DNA of 64,000 nucleotides from an uncultured virus (IMG/VR IMGVR_UViG_3300032456_000001) (taxonomy: Duplodnaviria > Heunggongvirae > Uroviricota > Caudoviricetes), in IMG/VR virus record IMGVR_UViG_3300032456_000001, one strand, 5' to 3'. Both the position numbers and the translations under genes were made by a program. Under the pieces are notes generated by a model. The model was not told the DNA's origin. It searched no databases and saw only the letters and a list, made by a program, of their open reading frames with translations. This document shows positions 50,008 through 59,475 of the stretch, piece by piece. Position 1 is the stretch's first letter; each line of letters opens with the position of its first letter.

Positions 50008-53000
50008 GTGAGTAACAAAGTATCACTCGATTATCTTTTGTACAATGACCTGATAGTGAAATCAGGCATTGATGAGGATATTGCCCGTTTGAATTTCCTT
50101 GCCTCACAAGGCCTTGCGACCTACGGACTCCTCTACAGCGAAACAGATAAAACGACTAATAGCGATAGCAGCGGTGGCAGCAGTGTAGAGGTGGCCCGCA
50201 ATCTTGCTCGGTGTACTGGGAGTGCTGGGTATACGCTAGGCAACAAATTTTATCTACCCGCAGATTTAGCCGGAGATACCAAAGCAGCCAGATTTGGGAT
50301 TATCAAAGCAAAAGGTATTTACTGGTCTGCGGGTCAACCTGCGAGGGGATGGACTTGCAATGGCCGGTTTAAACAACTTGATGGGATACCGCTTGGCTAC
50401 AAGCAAAAAAAAGAACGCAAAGGATTTGGCTTGGAGCCCCGGACATACTTCCAGCCTAAAGGGGAGCCATTAGAAATCTTCTTTCCTTTAGTAAATGAAA
50501 GTATTGGGAAACTGATACTAGCCAAGGCTAATTTGCCTGTACCAGAATTTCCTGTAATTGGGTTACGGGGAGAATGGATTGATTTTTGGGATTTGATACT
50601 TAATAATCATTGCCCAATTGTAATTACTGAAGGTGAAAAGAAAGCAGCAGCGGTAATCAGTCGCGGGTATGCAGCAATCGGATTACCAGGAATAAACACC
50701 GGGTACAAAGTTACCGAACGCGGCGAGAGCGTCACAAAAGCTGATGGAACACAATATCAAAGAGCAACTGCACGAGAACTCCACGAATCACTCAAACCGT
50801 TTGACACAGAAGGTCGTGCAATAACAGTTCTCTTCGACTACCGAACTGGGGATTATTCACAAAGTTCAGAATTCAAAGCGTCCAGCACTTTAAGCAAATT
50901 ATTCAAAAGTGCAATTGTTAAAGTTGCACTTTTGCCAGGCCCGGACAAAGGTGCTGATGATTTTGTAGTTGGGGGCGGTAATCTTGCCAAGGTAATTACT
51001 GACGCTCAAGATTGCCGAAAGCTGGAAATAAAAGCACAGTGGCGGCGCTATAGGAATTACATTCCCGATTGCATAATCAACTCCCGATTCTTTCATGCAC
51101 CCGCACCAGCCTCCGGCACAATTACAGCCGTTAAAAGCGGTCTAGCAACGGGGAAGACTCAATGGCTCAAAGATATCATTGCCAGCAATCCAGAAGGCAG
51201 AATCATTGTTTTGGGGAGTCGGAATGGGCTGTTACTCCAGACAGCCGAAAAATGCGAGTTTTACCACCTTGATGCTCACAATGGGTATTTGATGTTTCGC
51301 GACCCTAACGCCCGCCTATGCCTGTGCTTTGATTCGCTGCTCAAACTTCCTCCTGATATTTTTGAAGGCGCGACAATCATTTTGGATGAAACCGAAAGCG
51401 TTATCAGGCACTTACTAATGTCCCCGACTCTGAAGCACAATAGGGAAGCGATTAAACAACTATTCGCTCAAGCTTGTCTAGATGCTAGCCGAATAATCTT
51501 GCTGGATGGGCATCTAACAGATTACACAGTTAGTGTGATTGCAAAGCTCGCGGGCAACAAGCCAATCACAAAATACCTGAACGAATACAAAGGGAATTGC
51601 CCGAAAATTAGCGTTTACCAAACTGAAAAGGCAACTGCGACAGCAGCCGAAAAACAGGACTTTATTAATAGAATCCTAGCCTCGGATTGCCCAGTAATTG
51701 CCACAGATTGCTCTGTAGCCGAATCAGAAGCCCTTGCCTTGAGCCTAACCGAGGTAAAAGGTAAAGGCCTTTTAGTATGCTCAAAAAACTCAAATGACCC
51801 TGAAGAAACTGCCTTACAAACCAACCCCGATGCCCATCTTGAAAAAGAAATCCTGAACTGGTTTGCGTATACCCCTACACTTGAGAACGGGCTTGATATT
51901 AGCACGTCTGGAAAGTTTTCGGATGTATTCGGATTGTTCTGCGGGAATCTGGGGATTAATTCACTAATCCAGATGTTACGGCGTGTAAGGCATCCTATCA
52001 ATCAAATCTCGGTTCTTTGCCCTCAAATTGGGCTTAGCAGCAGTGACGATAAAAAGTCGTATTACGATAATCAAATCAGGCATCAAATAGAAGCTACTAT
52101 TTCTATTGAAAGCACGTTGCTATGCCCATCAGAGTATGAAGAAGCTGTCAGGGCTGACATTCTCCGGCAATTGGATGACCCGCTATTTTACGCCTATTGT
52201 CACTACAAAGCTCAGGAGAATTTAGAGAAATCCAATCTAAGAGAATTCTTGATAGAAGCCTTGATAGACGGCGGATACGAGGTTAATGAGCCGATATTGA
52301 ATGAAGATGAATCCGGCGACCATGCTAACAAAAAAACTGCCTGCAAGGAGCAAGAATCACAGGAAATATTCGACTCTCCTGATATCGCGCTAGAGGAAGC
52401 TCAAGAAATATCTCGCAGAAACAAAGCAAGGTGGCCCGAAAGATGCCAAGCTGAAAAAGCGTTTCTCAAAGCAAGATTGCCAGCAATTGAAAATACAGAA
52501 CTGTGGAAATGGGAATTTGTACACAGAATTCGAGGTAAGGATAGTTCCCTATTATCTCAATTAGAGAATTCTTGGCTATTCCACAATCCAGAGGATGCTG
52601 AATACTTGCAGAAATCTAAATGGGAATCGGGCGGGCTTGAATCCTTCCTACCTGACCACAGCACCCGCTGGCTGAAACTCCAAGCACTTCGCGAACTCAA
52701 CATAATACAATTCCTAAATCCTGCTGACGCTTCTTGGACTAATAAATCAATAGAAATTAAAAAGCTCTTGAAAGGTGGAGAGCGCAAAGGCATTCGGAAA
52801 ATACTGGGGGAGCCGGGCAAGGACGGCATCAAGTACCTTAATAAATTGTTGGGGCTGATAGGAATAAAGTTGGTGTCCAGACGGACGCGGGGAGGAGATG
52901 GGAAACGGGGATATGAGTATTTCTACCAGCCGGAGGTAACGTGGAAGGAAAGCAAAACCGGTCTGACCCGTATATGCTCCTTGGCTGAAAATTGGCACGA

Positions 53001-53370
53001 ACTTTTTGACCTAACAGCAGCCAGGATGAGCCAAAAAACTGAAGCAAAAAGAGCATCTGTAAAATCGGCTGAAACCGCTAGCCCGTCTAGTGTTGGGGCT
53101 GGCCTAGATACTCCTATTTTTATTAATAATCAAATAGGAGTATCTAGGACAGCATCAGCTACCCAAACAGAGCCATCGACTAACCTCCAAAAACCCAAAT
53201 CCTCCGAATCTATCAGCAGGATGGGCTGGGTGAGTCGATGGGGGAAATGGGTTAGAGCAAGCTTTGTGGCAGCCACGGACGACGCGCAGTACCGGATGCT
53301 GATAGAGCAAGTAGGCGAGGTTCTGGCCTGGCCCGACAAGATTCGATGGGAGGTGCCCCTTGAAGTTTGA
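50008..53370 (+). CDS. Primase-helicase replication protein (DUF3854 / CyRepA1-like)
   Basis: TOPRIM ITEGEKKA and DKGADD, Walker A GLATGKT, ILDETE, PTLENGLDI, QMLRRVR. Confidence 0.9.
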   Translation: MSNKVSLDYLLYNDLIVKSGIDEDIARLNFLASQGLATYGLLYSETDKTTNSDSSGGSSVEVARNLARCTGSAGYTLGNKFYLPADLAGDTKAARFGIIKAKGIYWSAGQPARGWTCNGRFKQLDGIPLGYKQKKERKGFGLEPRTYFQPKGEPLEIFFPLVNESIGKLILAKANLPVPEFPVIGLRGEWIDFWDLILNNHCPIVITEGEKKAAAVISRGYAAIGLPGINTGYKVTERGESVTKADGTQYQRATARELHESLKPFDTEGRAITVLFDYRTGDYSQSSEFKASSTLSKLFKSAIVKVALLPGPDKGADDFVVGGGNLAKVITDAQDCRKLEIKAQWRRYRNYIPDCIINSRFFHAPAPASGTITAVKSGLATGKTQWLKDIIASNPEGRIIVLGSRNGLLLQTAEKCEFYHLDAHNGYLMFRDPNARLCLCFDSLLKLPPDIFEGATIILDETESVIRHLLMSPTLKHNREAIKQLFAQACLDASRIILLDGHLTDYTVSVIAKLAGNKPITKYLNEYKGNCPKISVYQTEKATATAAEKQDFINRILASDCPVIATDCSVAESEALALSLTEVKGKGLLVCSKNSNDPEETALQTNPDAHLEKEILNWFAYTPTLENGLDISTSGKFSDVFGLFCGNLGINSLIQMLRRVRHPINQISVLCPQIGLSSSDDKKSYYDNQIRHQIEATISIESTLLCPSEYEEAVRADILRQLDDPLFYAYCHYKAQENLEKSNLREFLIEALIDGGYEVNEPILNEDESGDHANKKTACKEQESQEIFDSPDIALEEAQEISRRNKARWPERCQAEKAFLKARLPAIENTELWKWEFVHRIRGKDSSLLSQLENSWLFHNPEDAEYLQKSKWESGGLESFLPDHSTRWLKLQALRELNIIQFLNPADASWTNKSIEIKKLLKGGERKGIRKILGEPGKDGIKYLNKLLGLIGIKLVSRRTRGGDGKRGYEYFYQPEVTWKESKTGLTRICSLAENWHELFDLTAARMSQKTEAKRASVKSAETASPSSVGAGLDTPIFINNQIGVSRTASATQTEPSTNLQKPKSSESISRMGWVSRWGKWVRASFVAATDDAQYRMLIEQVGEVLAWPDKIRWEVPLEV

Positions 53371-53429
53371 GTGCTGACTACCGTGGTATAATTAAAATGC
53401 CTCTCGCGAGTTAGTGTTTAAAAATCCGA

Positions 53430-53479
53430 CTCTGGACTCTTCAAGAATCCCCTCGCCTTTAGGCATGGGGGAGTATCAA
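53430..53479 (+). mobile_element. IS200/IS605 right-end remnant
   Basis: gaatcccctcgcctttaggcatgggggagtaTCAA. Confidence 0.6.
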
Positions 53480-53953
53480 TACAAAGGTTGTCGGATTGCT
53501 GTCAATCAGACAATGAAACGGCACAAGGCACAAAGAGTGCGAACACTCGCCTACCGCTTCCACATTTGGATGCCAGAGGGACACCAGTGCATCAGCAAGA
53601 AGTCCGAATCCTTGGCGACAGAGAACGAAGCTCTAGCAGCAGCTCAGCAGATAATTGATACAATCCTTACATTTATAAACAGACATGACTAACACTTGGC
53701 GCGATTACAGAAGCTTCAAGATAACAACAAATAAGACCTACGAAGAGGCGCGAGACAGAATTGCTAGGGGTTTAACTGAGCCAGTAGTTACTGGGCATTA
53801 TTTCTATGTTTGGCGTCGTTGTAATCCTGAACAGGGTTTTCAGGGGTTTTGCCGAATGCTAGACTTGCCCATTGTAGATTATCCTACTGAATCCGAGGCA
53901 GTGATTAAGGCGCAAGAGGCTATTGACGAGATTTTGAATAGCGAGAACTAATA

Positions 53954-54319
53954 ATGAGTTACCTTCCCGAAAATACTCGACTTGGCAAACTTGAGTATGT
54001 AGATATTTTTAATCAATACGATAATCAGCCCGTCTTCTTCTCCTGTCGAAATCAGGACGAACAAAACTATCTTGGACTTTGGGTAGATGAAATAGACGAT
54101 GGCAACAGGTGGCTTTACGCAGCTATTTCACCGACCAAATTGAAGTGGCTGAAAAGGGGAACGATTGACATTAGAAGCGCATTTACTGAAGCAGCGAATG
54201 GGTTTATTTACGATGCTAGAACCGATAAAAAGGGTATTTCAAACGTAAAGATGTTGAGTTGTTTTGCTTTGACTGATAAATTGCTGCCTGTAGCTGGCGA
54301 GTTTTTGAAGTACAATTAA
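53954..54319 (+). CDS. DUF6575-like protein
   Basis: YDNQPVFFSCRN, YLGLW, WLYAAIS, IDIRSAF. Confidence 0.6.
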   Translation: MSYLPENTRLGKLEYVDIFNQYDNQPVFFSCRNQDEQNYLGLWVDEIDDGNRWLYAAISPTKLKWLKRGTIDIRSAFTEAANGFIYDARTDKKGISNVKMLSCFALTDKLLPVAGEFLKYN

Positions 54320-54837
54320 TCTTGTATCCACTTACTCAGGCTGGGGAAATCAGCTTTATTTTTGAGCATTCCACCGTGATACAACGAAGCTATTCCAGCG
54401 TGGTAACAATTACCAGTTGCCGCACTCAATCAAATAGCTGTCGCCAACTAATTCAAATTTGTTGCAGTATTGCTCTTGAATTGCTTTTAAAACTACCCAC
54501 GCAGCACAGATGCCGTCAGGACAGTCAGTACCAGGCTTGACTTGGTGATAAACTACAATTGGTTTGTTCATGGAGTTTTATTTGTCATGGTTCTCGCGCG
54601 GTTCTATTCAGCCGTACCGCAGATTGGCGCTGATTACTACATATCGATTTGTGGCTGCATTAACTTCACTCTAGCTAGTCCAGCCCTGAGTGCCATAGCT
54701 TCGCTGTGTTCGTTTCTTGCCAAGAATCCAGCGCTAGACTTTTGGACGCAGAGCCATTTACCTTGGCTTTCTTCAATCTCGTATATACCTGCTTTTGCAG
54801 ACTCGAGTCTGAGTTGTTCGACTGATTTCATGCTTTA

Positions 54838-55527
54838 CTATTGAATTTTTTGCTCGAAATCGTTGCAATCATGACTCGCGTGAGCCAGTCTCCCATCAAC
54901 CAGCTCTAGTTCGCTACCGTCGGGTTGCGGACAAAGTCTGACTGCACAGATAAGAACCTTAGACTCTATAGGCTGTCTGTACTCTCTTTTGTATTCACTG
55001 GGTGACCCTATTAGACCGCTCCAATATTTACAGTCACAGCATTTTACCAATGGCTCTGTCTGAGTGTTTAAAGTCCGCTCTTGTGGCTTTTGTTCTCTTT
55101 CGTAAAAATCTATCATTGGTCTTGAATTTACCTGAATGTATTCGATTGTTTTCATTGGTTTAAACTGAGTGACTAAGTTGCTGCTTCGCGTGCAGGCTTC
55201 TGTATCTCTCTTGTAAAACTCATCAAAGAAATCGTAAAAAAAGTCCATCACATTCTTCCACCGCTCCATAACGGAGATATTGTGATGCTTAGGATATTGC
55301 TCGATTTCTTCAAAGGATTGTAAAATATTTGTTTTTAGTTTGCTTCTCCTGGCTCCGGTCACTCTCAATACGTCAACTGCCATTGTGCTGAAATCTTTCC
55401 ATTGTTCAAATTGGAATTGATTCACTGAATTACCTTTTGGCTTAATGAGTGGTCTGCTGTTTCGCGTGTACCATGCGCGACCCGGTTGTGTGCTAGTTGA
55501 CTTTATCCGCAACGGTTCCGTCAACAA
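54838..55527 (-). CDS. Hypothetical protein with Cys-rich C-terminus (possibly fused fragments)
   Basis: CCDCKYW, CAVRLCP, CNDFE. Confidence 0.4.
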   Translation of the reverse strand: MLTEPLRIKSTSTQPGRAWYTRNSRPLIKPKGNSVNQFQFEQWKDFSTMAVDVLRVTGARRSKLKTNILQSFEEIEQYPKHHNISVMERWKNVMDFFYDFFDEFYKRDTEACTRSSNLVTQFKPMKTIEYIQVNSRPMIDFYEREQKPQERTLNTQTEPLVKCCDCKYWSGLIGSPSEYKREYRQPIESKVLICAVRLCPQPDGSELELVDGRLAHASHDCNDFEQKIQ

Positions 55528-55723
55528 TTTGATAGCCCCACATAGAATACTTTTCAGCTAGTCGCTTTGCTATGTCAAGCTCTCCCCAAGCACAGAGTTC
55601 AGTCAATTGTTGAAATCCAGAATATTTCTCTTGTCGTTGCCGTTCTCGCAACAACTTCTTGTGTTCACCTTCGGTTGGGTGCTGTTCGTTGCCAAATGGT
55701 TTGACGTTTTTGATTTGGGACAT
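55493..55723 (-). CDS. Hypothetical protein
   Basis: 76-aa ATG ORF downstream of a conserved promoter copy. Confidence 0.5.
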   Translation of the reverse strand: MSQIKNVKPFGNEQHPTEGEHKKLLRERQRQEKYSGFQQLTELCAWGELDIAKRLAEKYSMWGYQIVDGTVADKVN

Positions 55724-56262
55724 AACTTTCTAGTAAGGGATGTGAAAACTTGTAGACAGATACATAAACTACTATAGGCTACTCGACTAGGATTGTCAAG
55801 TGTTTTCTAAAAGTATTTCTTTGGCATGACTCAAGCATATAAGGCGTAAGCGTCTTGGCTGTTGTAGTAACAATGTAGCTGACGCTTGCACAGGCTGCAA
55901 GCGGGTACGCTCGGTTCTGTTATAACAAGGCTGGCAAAACAAAAACCACCCACAGCGGTTGGGACTGTGAGTGGTTTTTGTTGATTTCCTGTTTGTTCAG
56001 CTAAGGTTCGTCAGGAATTGCCGCAACCCTGGCGAGATGCAATGCCAAGTCTTCCGTCACCTTACCTGCAATAATCCTAGTTCGTTCTCCGCAACTTTGA
56101 TGAATTTCTCTAAGTGCAGTTTTTAGGTTTTTACCTTTACAGAATACGGTAACTAATTGATTAGCAATGTACTCTTTTCGCTGTCTTTGGAGTTGACTGA
56201 GGCTTTGATGGGATAGAATCAGCTTTTTTAGGTCTGTCTTTATTTCTTCCATTTTTGCACCC

Positions 56263-56613
56263 TTAAGGACAAAGTTTCAACCCGTTCGCAATCACCGGGT
56301 TCAAGTTTTTGTACAATCGTGGGCTACTTGGATCAGGTTTATGGATTGATTCGACAGGTCGGAAAAAGCCTGAGCTACGGGCAATACCATTCAGCGCATA
56401 TTCAGTTCCGTTTGGTGCGATGAACGTCACAACTTGCCGACGTTCGGAAAACCAGACACAAGACAGCCTCCCTTCCTCCACTGTAAACGGCCAATCTACT
56501 CCATATTCGTTCTGCCGAATCGCTTTACCTTTCTCGCCGCCACAGCCGACCAGCGATAAAGCCAACAATGTCAATAAAACTGTATTAATAGAAATTGATT
56601 TTTTGGCAATCAT
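56263..56613 (-). CDS. YebY/DUF2511-like lipoprotein
   Basis: Lipobox LVGC, WPFTVEEGRLSC, YALNGIA. Confidence 0.75.
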   Translation of the reverse strand: MIAKKSISINTVLLTLLALSLVGCGGEKGKAIRQNEYGVDWPFTVEEGRLSCVWFSERRQVVTFIAPNGTEYALNGIARSSGFFRPVESIHKPDPSSPRLYKNLNPVIANGLKLCP

Positions 56614-56840
56614 GCACTTTTTCCCTTAGTTCGTTTTTTCTGAATCTTCTCAAACTCTGTCGCTATCTCGCTTTTAGGTGCTACCTTCTCTCGGTAGTCA
56701 AAATAAAACTTGAGTACGTTTTCCAGTGCTTGGGAGTTGTCCATCTCTTCTTCAACACAATACGCCTTGAAACGTTTATACAGGTCTTTCGGGACGTGAC
56801 CCCGCAGTGGTGAATAAGCGGGGTCTTCTTTTTTTGCCAT
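56610..56840 (-). CDS. Ribbon-helix-helix regulator
   Basis: LRGHVPKDLYKRFKAYCVEEEMDNSQALE. Confidence 0.75.
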   Translation of the reverse strand: MAKKEDPAYSPLRGHVPKDLYKRFKAYCVEEEMDNSQALENVLKFYFDYREKVAPKSEIATEFEKIQKKRTKGKSA

Positions 56841-57069
56841 GTAAATGCTCTACTACTTCGCGACTTCTTTAAGTGTCTCACAGAAAAACCTAGTCGTCTA
56901 GCGGGTTTCAGCAAAAGTACAAAAATAGTTTGCGTTGCCCCTTGACAACTTCGCGCAGCATCCTTTACAGTGTGTTCATGTTCGTTAAAAGTTCGTTAAA
57001 AGTTCATTAGAAGTTTGTCGAACTAATAACGTGCACATAATGAACATTTAGCAACCTTAGAAATTTACC

Positions 57070-57435
57070 ATGTACGCCCAGGTTTATAGCCAGTTCAAAC
57101 CGTTATCGGCAATAGTTCCAGACGAGATTGACTGGTTAAATACTGATCTGATGGCTGCAACGATGGGTATCTCTTTAGGGCAATTGCGTCGGGATGTGGT
57201 GACACTCCGAAAGCTGGAGTTGATTCAGTTGGAAGAAGTAACAAGGGAAACTCAACTTACTGAAATGTTCCCAAACAGAAAGAAGCCCTTTCGATGTCGC
57301 CGAAAAGGGTTTACACGGGAAGAAGCGCAGGTTATCTGGCTATTCCGACAAGCTGTTAGACAACGCGGACGAATACCTGCAATCAAGTCAATCATCCAAA
57401 CCATAGAGGACTACTTCAATGACTACTCAATCTGA
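57070..57435 (+). CDS. HTH DNA-binding protein
   Basis: MAATMGISLGQLRRDVVTLRKL. Confidence 0.55.
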   Translation: MYAQVYSQFKPLSAIVPDEIDWLNTDLMAATMGISLGQLRRDVVTLRKLELIQLEEVTRETQLTEMFPNRKKPFRCRRKGFTREEAQVIWLFRQAVRQRGRIPAIKSIIQTIEDYFNDYSI

Positions 57436-57784
57436 ACAAGAAGCAATCAATCAAGCCAAATCTGCAAATCGTGGTGGCGGTCGAAAGACTAAAGCAGCTA
57501 AACCGCTTGATACTAATGCCGGAGTCGGCAACATTCAGGCACAACTAGACAAGGCTAGAAACGACGTTCGGCGGAGCACTAAGGCATACGTTTTAGGCGG
57601 AATTACTGACGCTATCGGCGACATTTCAAGAGGAGATTTTGGCGATATTGGAGACGAAATTTTTGGACATCTTGAAGGATTTTCTACCTCTCTTGCAGAA
57701 CTGGAAGATGAATCGCGTTTCCAACTGCCTTCGACAGACCCAAAAAAAATGCTTGTGTCTGCGGATGTCATAGACGTAGCGTAG
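57419..57784 (+). CDS. Hypothetical protein
   Basis: Coupled ORF in the rightward operon. Confidence 0.5.
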   Translation: MTTQSEQEAINQAKSANRGGGRKTKAAKPLDTNAGVGNIQAQLDKARNDVRRSTKAYVLGGITDAIGDISRGDFGDIGDEIFGHLEGFSTSLAELEDESRFQLPSTDPKKMLVSADVIDVA

Positions 57785-58000
57785 TCAATCGGTGGGAGAA
57801 TCGATTGCTGTTTCAATTGATTCTCCTGTCGTTAATCAATCGACGTTTAACCACGGAAAATCAACCAATGTTTACCAAGATTATTCGACTGTTTTCTCGG
57901 ATTGTTTCTAATAGTATTCGAGCAAATGACCGCATTCTTTCTCTTGAACTTTTACATTGTTAATCAACGACCGAGAGCCAACACTTAAAGAGGTTAATTC

Positions 58001-58321
58001 ATGAACACAGTTACGAAAGAACGTCAACAGTTAGCTAATTTACATCTAAACGCAGGTGGAGCGGTAGTTGTTAGCAGTTCTCAAGCGGATTTCAATCAAC
58101 ACTCAGAGCCGTCAAACAGTAAACAACTCTTGGTATTTGGAGGTGCGTTAAGCCTACTGGCCCTGGGTGCGATTACTGGCTACTTAGCTACCAACGCCAT
58201 TAATCAAAAAGCGCTTTCTGAAGCTGAGTCAAAAGCAATAGTTGCTAGTTTCAACCTACGACAAAATCAAGCCAAGATTGACGAGTTTTGCAAAACTAAT
58301 TCATCATTTGGGGGTAGGTAA
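58001..58321 (+). CDS. Single-TM membrane protein
   Basis: Hydrophobic segment; AGAGG RBS. Confidence 0.55.
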   Translation: MNTVTKERQQLANLHLNAGGAVVVSSSQADFNQHSEPSNSKQLLVFGGALSLLALGAITGYLATNAINQKALSEAESKAIVASFNLRQNQAKIDEFCKTNSSFGGR

Positions 58322-58950
58322 TGGCTAAGGCTGGAAAGAAGTTGGCAAAAGCTCACGACGTAGACCTTGCGTTAGCTAATGTCCCGCAATGGCTTTCAGG
58401 TATTAAGATTCCACCAGCGTTGGTTCGATTTTTTGGCATCAATCCTGGTTTAATTGGTGCTTTAAATCTCGAAAATATGGCACAAGCAAAAGCCGTGAAA
58501 GAAGGAGGGCTTTTGCAAGTTGAAATGGCTAATAAATTCTTTGAGTACCTTACGAGTATCTGCGAGTCACACGAAGAAATCGAAAGCTTAAGAGCCGAGG
58601 CGGTTAAACTCATGTACGCCACCAAAACCAAAGAGGACGGATTTGTTATGTCTTCCCTATTGGCAGGTACAGAGTATGAAGAACATTACCGCACCTGGCA
58701 ACATCAACTAACAGAAGAACAAGGGTTAATTCAAGGAAAAGGAGATATAGAAAGGGATTACCTGACTCAAGACTTCAAGAACCGTCTTCTAATAGCTGCT
58801 GACGCTACAAAAAGGAAGAGAGAGAAGTCAGATGGTCAAGTCGAGAAAACCAAAAGTCAAGTTTCCGACAGGGTAAAAGAAGAAACGGAAGACGACCAAA
58901 AGATAGCGGCAGCCAGAACCAAGCTTGAAAAGCTTTTTAGTAAGAGGTAG
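58321..58950 (+). CDS. Coiled-coil protein
   Basis: 209-aa coupled ORF. Confidence 0.55.
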   Translation: MAKAGKKLAKAHDVDLALANVPQWLSGIKIPPALVRFFGINPGLIGALNLENMAQAKAVKEGGLLQVEMANKFFEYLTSICESHEEIESLRAEAVKLMYATKTKEDGFVMSSLLAGTEYEEHYRTWQHQLTEEQGLIQGKGDIERDYLTQDFKNRLLIAADATKRKREKSDGQVEKTKSQVSDRVKEETEDDQKIAAARTKLEKLFSKR

Positions 58951-58953
58951 TCA

Positions 58954-59475
58954 ATGTTTATGTACCCAATGGGGGAGGAAGAAAACACTCCGATTACCCC
59001 CTACAAATCAGCCGAGGTGACGATTGATGTAGCATCTGAAGATTACGCAGAAAACGATGTTATTCCAATCGAAAACGACCTTTATAAAAGGGTTACAAAG
59101 CAATGGGTGTTAGCTCAGGAATTAGCGGGTTTGACCATCTTTATAAGCGGCGCATCACTACTTTTCCTAATCTTTCGTTCAATCGACTGGTTTGTTGTCG
59201 TCATAGCGTTGTTTGGATTAGCATTAGTCGGAGTCGGACTGATATTCGCCTTTACTTGGGGGCAACTCAAGACACTTGACAAATTTCGATTGTTTACTGG
59301 TGGCATCGGAACTGGTTTCGCTGCTGCTATCAGTAACTCTGACCTAATGTTGGATTGGCTCGCCAAGAATCAGCAGTTGGCTGTTACAGTGCTTGTCGGA
59401 TTCCTGGTTGTGGCGGCACTTACAGCCGTTAAGTTCGCTAGTAGCTTCCTACCCAAAAGAAAGAGGGGTTACTGA
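58954..59475 (+). CDS. Multi-pass membrane protein
   Basis: About four hydrophobic segments. Confidence 0.6.
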   Translation: MFMYPMGEEENTPITPYKSAEVTIDVASEDYAENDVIPIENDLYKRVTKQWVLAQELAGLTIFISGASLLFLIFRSIDWFVVVIALFGLALVGVGLIFAFTWGQLKTLDKFRLFTGGIGTGFAAAISNSDLMLDWLAKNQQLAVTVLVGFLVVAALTAVKFASSFLPKRKRGY

